From an uncultured Planctomycetota bacterium (GTDB lineage Bacteria > Planctomycetota > Planctomycetia > Gemmatales > Gemmataceae), in assembly GCA_963849325.1 (NCBI GenBank), contig CAWKHF010000010.1, forward strand, positions 384,001 through 448,000: a stretch of DNA of 64,000 nt. The letters are read 5' to 3'. The first letter of the stretch is position 1, and each line of letters opens with the position of its first letter. The notes under the pieces are model-generated. The model saw nothing but the letters and a program-made list of their open reading frames with translations. It did not search any database and had not been told where the DNA came from. Position numbers and translations under genes: made by a program. Below are positions 53,745 through 62,954 of this stretch, one piece after another.

Positions 53745-55724
53745 ATGCCGATCAAATTCTCGTGCCCTCACTGCAAGCAGGTCATCGCCGTCCGCGACCA
53801 ACTGGCGGGGCGGAAAGGCGCCTGTCCCGGCTGCAAACAGATGTTGACCGTCCCGCAGCCCGACGGCGCTGCCTCGGCGGCGAAACCCGGCCCTGCCGAA
53901 CAACCCAAGCCGAGCCGTCCGCCCGCGCCCGCCTCGGCGCCGCCGAACACTGCCCCAACTCCGCCCTCGAAGGCCGTCCGACCACCTACGCCCGCCGCCA
54001 AGGTCGAACCGTCCCCCTCTCCCCCCCCTGCCCCGGCCGACGTCGAGGCCGAAGCCGCCGCCCTGTTCGCCGACGAGCCGAAGCCGGCCGAGCAGATCGA
54101 GGTCAAGAAAATCGAACTGAACTGCCCTTTTTGCGATGAGGCCATTCAGTTCCCCGCGAACCTGGCCGGCAAGCGCGAGCCTTGTCCGGAATGCAAGCGC
54201 ATCATCAAGGTGCCCGAGCTGGTCAAGAACGAACCCAAGGATTGGCGCAAGGTCGATCCGCGCGGACCGTCCGGCGCGCGCCTGCCCGACCAGCCAGTCC
54301 CGGAGGGAGCCTGGAGTTCGACGGCGAGCAGCAGCGTCGGCAAGAAATCGCTCGAAGAGGCCGGCGTCCTGCCCACGGCAGTCGAACCACGCACCCTGCG
54401 GCAAAAGATCCAGTGGCCGCTGCTGGGCGTGACGGCCGCCGTCCTGCTCGGCGTCGGCGGTTGGATGGGCTATCAATGGTGGGGCCGACGCGCGTGCTGA
54501 TCGCGCCGAGCAGGCAGCCGTCGCGTTCGCCGCCTCGGAGCAGGGCGCCAAGGAAGCCCAGGCGACCGGCCAGGCCGCCCTCTTCCTCGGCGCCGGCGAA
54601 TTCGATTTGCGCAAGCAGACGGAGGACAGCGCGGAGAAGGCGGGCAAGTTGTTCGGCCAGGCTTTGAACACGCTGCGGACGGCCCCGACCGGCAGCGAGC
54701 GCGACGCCCTGCTGGCCGACTTGGCTCTGGCCCTGGTCGAGTTGGGCGGCTCCGAACCGGACACGGGAAAGGGGCTGCGGCTGCCCTGGGAGGGCAAGAC
54801 ACAACCGCTTCTGCTCGCCGCCCTCCGCGACATCCAGAATCCGGATGGACGCCGTCAGGCCGTCCGCGCCGTCAGCCAACGACTCCTTGGCCGCGAACAG
54901 ACGGCCCTCGTGCTGACCCTGGTCCATCAGGTGTACGCGACGCCGGACGCCGAAAAGGCCGCCGCCCTGTCGGTTGTCGGCCTGGAATTGCTCAAGGCCA
55001 ACGATCGCCCATCGGCCGAGAAGGCCGCGGACGAGGCGCTGCGACTCTATGACAGCAAGGGCAAGCCGCCGCCCGTCCGCGCCGAGGTGGTGGCCCTGGC
55101 CCTGGTCCTGGAAAAGAAGAAGCCGCCGATTGGCGAGGGGGCGGACGAGAAGGACAACAAGGACAACGAACACGTCGGCCAGGTCGAGGGGCTGGCGCGG
55201 CTGGGAAAATGGGACGAGGCCCGCCGCAAGGCCGCCTCCATGGACTTCGGCGAGGACGTTCGCTTCCGGGCCTTGCTGGCCCTCGGCGCCGTCGCCGTGG
55301 ACAGCAACAAAGGCGACCCCACCGACGTGGAAGCCGCCGTCAAGATGGTCGAGACCCGCTTCCGCGACCGACCGGAACTCTCCTGGTCTCTTCTTCGTCT
55401 AACCGAAATAGCCCTGCCGCCGGCTTGCCGGACGAGCGGGTCCAGGCGTTGGCCGATCGCGTCGCCGATCGCTCTCTGCGTGGGCGGGCGAAACTGGCCG
55501 TCTTCCGCGCTCGTCTGGAAGCCGCGAAGCAGGGCGTCGAGGACAGCGCCGCCGACAAGATTGAGTCCCGGAGCCTGGCTCGTCTGCTGGCCGGTCAGGC
55601 GCTGGCCCGGCACAACACCCGTCTGAACAAGAGTTGGGCCGCGACCGTACAGGGCTGGCCGCAGCCGCTCCAGGCGTTCGGCTCACTGGGCGTCGCCCTG
55701 GGTTTGCAGGATCGTGGCCAATGA
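53745..55724 (+). CDS. Double zinc-ribbon, TM and helical-repeat protein; frameshifts near 54495 and 55410
   Basis: CPHC/CPGC and CPFC/CPEC pairs, a Pro-rich linker, a TM helix and a helical C-terminus. Confidence 0.7.
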
Positions 55725-55744
55725 CAAGGAGCTTTTTGGTCGGA

Positions 55745-55786
55745 CCCGCAGCGCCAGCGAGGGCTTTCCCTCGCTGACGCTGCGGG
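55745..55786. repeat. REP-like hairpin
   Basis: CCCGCAGCGCCAGCGAGGG-CTTT-CCCTCGCTGACGCTGCGGG. Confidence 0.85.
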
Positions 55787-55829
55787 CTCCGACGAGCCAT
55801 TCGATCATCTCCTTGCGGGAGTATTGGAC

Positions 55830-58800
55830 ATGATAAGGAAACTCATTCCCTTTCTGGCAGTCCTCGTCACCTTGTCAGCTTGTCACCTTGTCACCTTGTC
55901 ATCTGCCGCCGCCGAAGCGCCCTACGCCGAGGACATGCGTTTCGTCCAGGAACTGCGGACGCACGGCTACAGCGATTTGGCCCGCGAATATCTGCAAAAG
56001 TTGGCCCAGAAGGCTCCCCCAGCCCTCAAGAAAGAGCTGCCGCTGGAGGTCGCCCTGACCAACATGGAGGCGGCCAACGACGAGCCGGACAGTAGCAAGC
56101 GGCTGACGCTGTACGCCCAGGCCCGCGCCGATTTCGAGAAGTTCCTCAAGGACAACCCCGGCCATCCCCGCGCCGCCGACGCCCGCTTCGACATCGCTCG
56201 CGCCACCACCTTGCAGGGCAAAACGCAACTGAGCCGCGCCTTGCTCGAAGACGATTTGACGATGCGCATCGCCGACGGCGTCAAGGCCCGCGCCACGCTG
56301 GTCGAAGCGTTCAACCAGCTCAAACGGCTACCGGCCAATGCGCAGACCGAATTGGCGATGGGCCTCAACCTGCTCGATCAGGCCCAGACGTACCTGAATA
56401 CCGGCAGCGACAAGGAGATGGCCGCTCGCGCCAAGCCGGTCCAGGAGGCGCAGAAGATCCTCGACAAGCTCGCCGGCGGCGATCCCGGCGACAAGATCAC
56501 CTGGCTAGCGCGGGCGTGGGTGGGCCGCTGCATCCACGAGCTGGGAGTGCCGGAAAAGGCGCGGGACAAGTACCTGGAAATCGAGTCGGCGACCGGCTCG
56601 GCCGTCCAGGACGGCAAGCGCCTGGCCCGTTACTTCATTCTGCTGGTCGCCAAGGAAAAGAACGAGGCGCCCAATAAAGAACCCGTCAATACCTACCTCA
56701 TCCGCCGCTGCTCGGACTGGATTCGCGACTATCCCACCTACGCGCGCACTCCCGAGGGTCATGGGGTCCGCTATCTGCTGGCGGAAACCTTGCTGGCCGA
56801 GTCCGACAACCCCAAGCACAGCAAGCCGGAACGCGACGCCATGGTCGTTGCGCCCGCAGATACCTGCGCGACATCGAGCAGACCGAGAACGACTACACCG
56901 ACCGGGCCAAGCGGCTGAAGATCGCCGCCATGAACAAGCAGGGGTTGTTCAAGGAGCCGATCGACAAACTGAAGACCTTCGAGGAGTGTTACGTCCGCGC
57001 CCAGTTCGAGGTCATGGAGATCGGCGCGGACGCCAAGAAGTACAAGGACAACAAGGACCAACTGGAGGGGTCGCGCAAGGCCCGCATCGCCGAGGCCATC
57101 AAGGCGCTCCAGGCCGGATTGGCGAAACCGGACGCCAAGGGCGCCTCCCCGGAGTTGAGCAACGCCCGCGCCATGCTGGCTTATTACCTCATGAACGAGG
57201 GCAAGTATCGAGAAGCCATCCAGGTCGGCGAAACCTTCGCTCGCAACAACCCGCGCCCCAGCCAGGCCGCCATGTCCGCCGTCTACGCCCTCCTCTCCTA
57301 TGGGCAGCTCCTGTTTCAGCGCGAGCGCAACGCCGCCGACCTCAAGGCGCTGCAGGACGACAAGGCGTACCAGGACGACAAGGCGCACATGCTCGACCTG
57401 GCGAAATACATGATCGGCCGCTGGCCCAAGGAACGGGCCGGCGACGTGGCGCGGCACCAGATCGCCCTGCGCCTGCTGCGCGAGGAGAAGTATCTCGAAG
57501 CCGTCCAGACGCTCAGCGCCATCACGCCGGCGTACCCGTCGTACATCCGCGCGCAGTTCGCCCTGGCCCGCGCCGCCCTGCAGCAAGCCGCCCAGGACAA
57601 GGACAAGGGCGATCCGCAACACTATCACCAGCGTGCCCTCGCCGCCCTCGCCAAGCTTCCCCAACCCGACCCCGGCGCCGACAGCGACACCAACCGCGAC
57701 TACGTCCAGGCCAAGGTCATGCTCGCGTCGGAGCTGGCCAGGGACAAGAAATTCAAGGAGTTGGACGCTCTCATCCAGGCGGTATCGCCCAGGGCGGCAT
57801 CGCTACGGCTGGTCGATGATCCAACCAAGGACAAGGAGCTGCGCGGCAAGTTCGAGGATACGTTGGTCCAGTTGTCGCTCTACTCGACGGCGGCCCAGGC
57901 CGAGGTCGAATTCAAGGCGGCCCAGTATGCCGCGGTGGCCAAGCGGCTCGACCCGATCGTGGACGACTTCAACGCCAACAAGCTGCCGCAGCTCAAGGAC
58001 GGCGGCATGGCGCCGGCCGTGTTCGGCCTGGCCCTCAAGGCGAACGTGCAACTCAATAAACTCGACCGGGCCAAGGGGGTCATCAAGGCGCTGCAGCGCT
58101 TGCAGTCCGACAAGGGCGGCGACAACGCCACCACGGCCATCCTCGCCCAACTCGTCAACCTCATCACTCAGCAGGACGAAGAACTGCGCAAGAAGGGCGA
58201 CAAGGAGAGTCTGCAAAAAGCGCGGGACGGCTTCACGAGCATCCTCAACGAAGTCGCCGCCGGTCAGAAGACGCCGACGCCCCGGTTGGCCTACCTGCTG
58301 GCCAAGTGCTACTCCGGCATGGACGAGCACAAGAAGGCGGCCGACCTCCTCCAGCCGTTCGCCAACCAGAACGTCGCCGAGGGCAGTCCCGATGCTCCCC
58401 TCCACCATGCGATTCAGCTGTTGCTCATCCAGGAGATGCGTCCACTCAAGGAAACGGACAAGGCCAAGGAACTGCTCGACGCGATCATCGGCGGCAAGGA
58501 CGGCAAACCGGGTTGGGGCGCTCGCAGCCTCGACGCCCAGAAGCTGCGCGTCATGCTGCTGGAGGACAAGGAGAATTACGCGGCGGCGGCCCAGCTGTCC
58601 GCTCGCTTCATCAAGCAGTTGCTGCCGCGCATCGAGGACAACAAGTATAAGGAACAGTATCTCGAGTTCTATTACCACCTGACCTACTGCATCCTCAAAA
58701 ATGGTCAGGGACTGAGCAGCCCAGAGTTGAAAGCGAAGGCCATCAAGGACGCCGCCCATCGCATCGTCAACCTGGAGAGGACGCAGAGCGGCTTCGGCAG

Positions 58801-58888
58801 CGACGAGTCGAAGAAACGCTTCACCGAGCTACTGGAAAAAGAAGCGGACCTGCGCGAGCAGTACAACGCGCTGAAGGGCGGTAAGTGA
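55830..58888 (+). CDS. Large secreted TPR-like protein, frameshift near 56850
   Basis: Signal peptide, FVQELRTHGYSDLAREYL and all-helical repeats. Confidence 0.8.
55866..55904 (+). repeat. Tandem octamer GTCACCTT (about 5 units) inside a signal-peptide coding region
   Basis: gtcacctt gtcagctt gtcacctt gtcacctt gtcatct. Confidence 0.85.
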
Positions 58889-58891
58889 TCC

Positions 58892-59011
58892 TTAGGGTTT
58901 AGGGTTTAGGGTTTAGGGTAAAGACTATGCGGATTCGAGTGCCGCCCCCTTACGCCCGTGCCTGTGCCGGTTCCAAGCCGCAAACCCTAAACCCTAAACC
59001 CTAAACCCTAA
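58892..59011. repeat. Inverted heptamer repeat (TTTAGGG)x4 / (CCCTAAA)x4
   Basis: Perfect 28-bp arms at 58892-58919 and 58984-59011. Confidence 0.97.
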
Positions 59012-59022
59012 AAGCAGGAGCC

Positions 59023-60135
59023 ATGATCATGAAGCGTCTGGCATGGGCCGTCGCCGTCGTCTGTCTGTTCGTCGGCATCTCGGCGCTTGTCGCGGAGGAT
59101 ACCGTTTACTTCGTGGACCACGAGATGAAGAAGGAACAGAGTGTCCGCGGCGCCATCGAGCAAGAGACGCCGTCCGGCATCAAGCTCAAGACCAAGAGCG
59201 GCGTCAAGGACATTCCGGCCCGCAACGTCACGCAGATCGTCTACGACAACAAAATCGTGGCCGTCATCGACTTTCGCCGGCCGGACGCCAACCTGACCAA
59301 GGCCCGCAACGAGACGAATGCCGCCAAGCGCGCCGACCTGTTGAAAGAAGCCCTTGTCGGCTTTCAGGCGCTCGACACGCAGCTGCGCGGCGTGACCAAC
59401 ATTCACCGCTATCTGCTGTACCGGATCGCCCAGACGACGGCCCTACAAGCCAAGGATGATTCGAGCCGATTGGACGCGGCCATCGCGGCCCTGGTGGAGG
59501 CGAAAACCACCCTGTCGGACGGCTGGGAAATCGTGCCAGCCCTACAACTGCTGGCACGCTTGCAGGAAGAAAAGGGCGACGGCCACGGCGCCAGTCAGAC
59601 CTACTCCGACCTGGCCGAAGTGCCCGGCATTTCTCCGGAGATGAAGCTGCGGAGCCAATTGCTGGGCGCCCGTCTGTTGTTGCGCGTCAGCAAATTCCCC
59701 GAGGCGGAAGCGAAGCTCAAACAGTTGGCGTCCGCGCTGCCCAAGGACGACCCGCAACGCACGTTCGTCGATGTCTACCTGGCCCAGTCGCAGATGGCCC
59801 AGGGCAACGTCAACGGCGTCGAGGCCAAGCTGAAAGCCGCCATCCTTTCCAACCCCGACAGAAACCTGCGCGCCCTGGCCCACAACTTCCTCGGCGATTA
59901 CTACCGGCTCCAACGAGAGCCGGAGCAGGCGTTCTGGGAATACCTCAAGGTCGATACTCTGTACAGCGACGATAGGGAGGAACACGCCAAGGCGCTGTAC
60001 TATCTGTCGCAGCTGTTCGACAAGCCGAAGAACAACCCGGCCCGTGCCGAGGCGTGCCTGGCGAAGCTCAAATCCAAGGACTACGATGGCACGACCTATC
60101 AGCGCATGGCCCAGAGCGACAAGAAGACGCCGTAA
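59023..60135 (+). CDS. Secreted TPR protein
   Basis: Signal peptide; AHNFLGDYY...AFWEYLKVD..Y...HAKALYYL. Confidence 0.82.
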   Translation: MIMKRLAWAVAVVCLFVGISALVAEDTVYFVDHEMKKEQSVRGAIEQETPSGIKLKTKSGVKDIPARNVTQIVYDNKIVAVIDFRRPDANLTKARNETNAAKRADLLKEALVGFQALDTQLRGVTNIHRYLLYRIAQTTALQAKDDSSRLDAAIAALVEAKTTLSDGWEIVPALQLLARLQEEKGDGHGASQTYSDLAEVPGISPEMKLRSQLLGARLLLRVSKFPEAEAKLKQLASALPKDDPQRTFVDVYLAQSQMAQGNVNGVEAKLKAAILSNPDRNLRALAHNFLGDYYRLQREPEQAFWEYLKVDTLYSDDREEHAKALYYLSQLFDKPKNNPARAEACLAKLKSKDYDGTTYQRMAQSDKKTP

Positions 60136-60174
60136 CGGCGAGACGTTTGGCCGTTCTCGCGGGACATTCCGGTC

Positions 60175-60204
60175 TTGCTGGGAGTGTGCGCGGGTCTCTA
60201 TAAT
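60175..60204 (+). promoter_or_regulatory. Sigma-70 promoter of the tRNA locus
   Basis: TTGCTG-18 nt-TATAAT, 21 nt before the first tRNA-like sequence. Confidence 0.75.
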
Positions 60205-60225
60205 CCCTTCATTACTCCCGCGCAT

Positions 60226-60268
60226 GGGGCCGTAGCTCAACTGGGAGAGCGCAGCGAAGGAGGCGCAG
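60226..60268 (+). pseudogene. 5' fragment of tRNA-Ala (acceptor 5' strand, D arm and pseudo-anticodon arm)
   Basis: GGGGCCGTAGCTCAACTGGGAGAGCG is identical to 60744-60769 and is followed by CAGCG-AAGGAGG-CGCAG. Confidence 0.88.
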
Positions 60269-60769
60269 AATGCAGCCGCCACTGGACTGGATGGTGAGGG
60301 CGAATCCATCTTACGATTCCAACCGGATCGGAGCTCTCTCGCAGGCGAAAGTTCTGACTGCCCTAACCGCGGCTGGGAAAGCCGTCCTCGCGCCCTGCGT
60401 TTGCGTCAGGCCGTACGATTTCGTGATTGAAGAAGATGGATCTTTTTTTCGAATTCAGTGTAAGACAGGACGGTTGATGCGCGGCGCGATTGTTTTTCCC
60501 ACGCACCGGCAGCGTGCGGTGAAACGCGAAACGGGTTGGGAGCGCCGAATCGTGAGCTATGAGGGCGAGATCGAGTTCTTCGGAGTTTATTGTCCAGAGA
60601 ATGACAAAGTCTACCTTGTCCCGCTAAGTGAGGTTCACTCTGCATGGATGGGCATGCTGCGCGTCGAGCCGCCGAAAAACAACCAGAGAAAGCGGATACA
60701 ATGGGCGGATGACTACCTGTTGAAATGATTCCTTCCAGCAGCTGGGGCCGTAGCTCAACTGGGAGAGCG
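60252..60769 (+). mobile_element. Putative 518-bp tRNA-inserted endonuclease cassette bounded by 27-bp direct repeats
   Basis: Direct repeats at 60225-60251 and 60743-60769 enclose a single endonuclease ORF. Confidence 0.7.
60270..60728 (+). CDS. PD-(D/E)XK endonuclease, group I intron-associated / I-Ssp6803I-like family
   Basis: G..S(Q)AKV..AL...G..V..P....PYD(50)...FFRIQ(63)CK(65)TG...Y..EIEFFGVYCP..KVYLVP...PPKNNQ; perfect AAGGAGG RBS. Confidence 0.85.
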   Translation: MQPPLDWMVRANPSYDSNRIGALSQAKVLTALTAAGKAVLAPCVCVRPYDFVIEEDGSFFRIQCKTGRLMRGAIVFPTHRQRAVKRETGWERRIVSYEGEIEFFGVYCPENDKVYLVPLSEVHSAWMGMLRVEPPKNNQRKRIQWADDYLLK

Positions 60770-60816
60770 TCGCGTTCGCAATGCGAAGGCTAGGGGTTCG
60801 AGCCCCCTCGGCTCCA
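60744..60816 (+). tRNA. tRNA-Ala(CGC)
   Basis: Full cloverleaf with G3:U70, anticodon CGC at 60777-60779 and a TTCGAGC T-loop; CCA is not encoded. Confidence 0.97.
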
Positions 60817-60822
60817 CTTTCC

Positions 60823-60858
60823 AAGACCTTCCGAGCATTCGGAAGGTCTTTTTCTTTT
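60823..60858 (+). terminator. Rho-independent terminator
   Basis: AAGACCTTCCGA-GCAT-TCGGAAGGTCTT followed by a T-tract. Confidence 0.88.
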
Positions 60859-60872
60859 GTGTCCCAGCAACG

Positions 60873-61655
60873 TCAAAAATCGCGGTGATACCCGGCCGTC
60901 CAGCCGCCATCGACGGTGAGGATGTGGCCGTTGACGTAGCTGCTCTCGGGAGCGGCCAGGAACAGGGCGGCATGAGCGATCTCTTCCGGCGTGCCGGGGC
61001 GACCCAGCGGCACATGCGCCAGCATCTGCCGCACGGAATCCTTGAACAGGCCATCCTCGCCGTAAAAGAGCTTGCGTGTGCCCTCCGTCAGCGTCGAGCC
61101 GGGCGCGATACCGTTGACGAGGATGCCGTGCGGACCCAACTCCAGCGCCATGGCCCGGGTTAGATTGATGACGGCTGCCTTGGCCGCGACGAACGCACAC
61201 TGCAAGCGTAGCGGCACCAGCCCGGCGATGGAGGCGATGTTGAGGATGCGCCCGGATTTCTGTCGCCGCATCACCTGCGCGACGGCCCGGCAGACGAGGA
61301 ACACGCCTTGCAGGTCCACGGCGAGGATACGGTCCCACTCCTCTTGCGGAAACTGATCGATGGGGACGCGATGGGCCAATGTGTTGACGCCGGCGTTGTT
61401 GACCGCGATGTCGAGTCGGCCATGCCGCCGCACGATGTCGGCGACGACCGCCTCGACTTGCCCCGCGTCGGTCACGTTCAGGGCCATCGCCTCGCCGTTG
61501 GCCGAGGCGGCCGCCGATGCCGTCGCCCCCGGTAGGTCGACGTCGGTATAGACGACGCGGGCGCCGTTGACGGCGAAGAGGTCGGCGATCGCCTTGCCGA
61601 TGCCGCGCGCGGCACCTGTTACCAGGGCGACCTGGTTCGTGAGGTTCACCTTCAT
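60873..61655 (-). CDS. SDR family oxidoreductase
   Basis: TGAARGIG, NNAG and NGIAPG; the catalytic YxxxK motif reads FVAAK. Confidence 0.9.
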   Translation of the reverse strand: MKVNLTNQVALVTGAARGIGKAIADLFAVNGARVVYTDVDLPGATASAAASANGEAMALNVTDAGQVEAVVADIVRRHGRLDIAVNNAGVNTLAHRVPIDQFPQEEWDRILAVDLQGVFLVCRAVAQVMRRQKSGRILNIASIAGLVPLRLQCAFVAAKAAVINLTRAMALELGPHGILVNGIAPGSTLTEGTRKLFYGEDGLFKDSVRQMLAHVPLGRPGTPEEIAHAALFLAAPESSYVNGHILTVDGGWTAGYHRDF

Positions 61656-61808
61656 GGCCGGCACCACTCCGGGCAACAACGTGTCGGAAACAGGATTTCA
61701 GCGAACAATGTCGCAAGGTATGCGGGCGGGTGCGGCGTGTCAAAATGAAAATGTCGCCAAGCCGGGGGCATCTCCTTCCGGCGCGTGTTGCTGTGCGGCC
61801 GCAGGTGA

Positions 61809-61837
61809 TTTACAGCCCTTGCGACCCCTGGTAGACT
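61809..61837 (+). promoter_or_regulatory. Putative sigma-70 promoter of the WXG100 operon
   Basis: TTTACA-17 nt-TAGACT with a TG extension. Confidence 0.6.
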
Positions 61838-61874
61838 GGAAGGGAGAATCAACCCATTCGACGCGGGGGTGAGC

Positions 61875-62147
61875 ATGTCCAAGGCCATTGTTGATCCGGC
61901 GGAGCTGCGTCGCTTTGCTCAGAACCTGAAACACTTCAACAACGAATTGCAGCACCAGCTCGCCGTCCTCCAGGGACAGTTCTCGGGACTCGGCGATACC
62001 TGGCGCGATCAGGAGCAGGAGCGCTTCGCGCAGCAGTTCGCCGAGGCCGTTCAGGTCCTCAGTCGTTTCATGGAAACGTCGCAGCAGCAGATCCCGTATT
62101 TGCTTCGCAAGGCGGAGCGGATCGAAGAATACCTGCAACAGCGCTGA
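61875..62147 (+). CDS. WXG100-family (ESAT-6-like) protein
   Basis: About 90 aa helix-turn-helix hairpin with IVDPAELRRFAQNL and a central LGDTWRD. Confidence 0.85.
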   Translation: MSKAIVDPAELRRFAQNLKHFNNELQHQLAVLQGQFSGLGDTWRDQEQERFAQQFAEAVQVLSRFMETSQQQIPYLLRKAERIEEYLQQR

Positions 62148-62156
62148 CATTCTCAT

Positions 62157-62704
62157 ATGAGCCAATCGGCACGAGTCGGTTCCATCGAGGCGCTCGAGGC
62201 GCTGCAAGCCGCGCTGGCTCGCTTCGGGCCGCAGGCGCGGGAAGCGCTCGGCGCCGCCGAGATCGAGGTTCGCCGCGTTTTCGACTACTTGCACGACCAA
62301 CTCGCTCATTGGCAGCGGCAGGTCGAGAAGCGGCACGAAGACGTCAACCGCGCGCGCGCCGACCTCGCTCACGCTCGCGCCATCCGCCAGGGCGAACGCA
62401 GCGGCTACGTCGAGCAGGAGATGGCCTTGCGCAAGGCGCAGCGCGGCTGCGCGAGGCCGAGGAGAAAGTGGTGGTCGTCAAGCGCTGGCTGCTGCACTTG
62501 CCGCAGACCGTCAACGAATACGAGGGACCGGCTCGCCGCCTGGCCGGTCTGCTCGACGCCGACCTCCAACAGGGCGTCGTCGTCCTGGAGAACAAAATCA
62601 AAATCCTCGAAGCCTACTCCGCCCTGGAAGTGCCTCCCTCCGCGTCGCCGGTCCCGGCCGCCCCGACGACGACTCCCCCACCCTCTCCGGGAGGACCATC
62701 ATGA
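62157..62704 (+). CDS. Coiled-coil protein of the WXG100 operon, frameshift near 62440
   Basis: ARVGSIEALEALQAALARF...HWQRQ; continues in ORF 62309-62704. Confidence 0.7.
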
Positions 62705-62913
62705 GTCTGTCCACCGCGTCGATCAGTCTGGCCGACGGGTTGAAGACAGTCGGAGTCCACTGGGATGAGGCCCGCGCGGGCTGGGACGATCCCGTCAGCC
62801 GCGACTTCGAGAATGACTACTGGATTCCCCTGCAAATCCAGGTCGAGACCACCTTGCAAGCCCTCGAACGCCTCGCCCCCATCCTGGAACGCGCCCGGCG
62901 AGAATGTTCTTAA
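62701..62913 (+). CDS. Small WXG100-like protein
   Basis: 70 aa helical protein with W....GWDD...F...Y; ATGA-coupled to the previous gene. Confidence 0.7.
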   Translation: MSLSTASISLADGLKTVGVHWDEARAGWDDPVSRDFENDYWIPLQIQVETTLQALERLAPILERARRECS

Positions 62914-62954
62914 CAATGCCGAAGCATTGTTGCTTGAAGAAGGTAGAACCCGTC

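Noticed and set aside
58892-59011. Plant telomere contamination or a chromosome end
   Set aside because: There are only four units per arm, inverted, embedded between co-oriented bacterial genes, with the same architecture as other local heptamer hairpins.
60290-60310. GATGG...CGAAT-CCATC hairpin as the T arm of a complete upstream tRNA
   Set aside because: Spacing and loop do not fit a T arm, there is no 3' acceptor strand, and it lies inside the nuclease ORF.
60252-60743. Group I intron in tRNA-Ala
   Set aside because: Only about 18 nt and 15 nt flank the ORF, the downstream tRNA is already complete, and the break is not in the anticodon loop. A covariance search would be the formal test.
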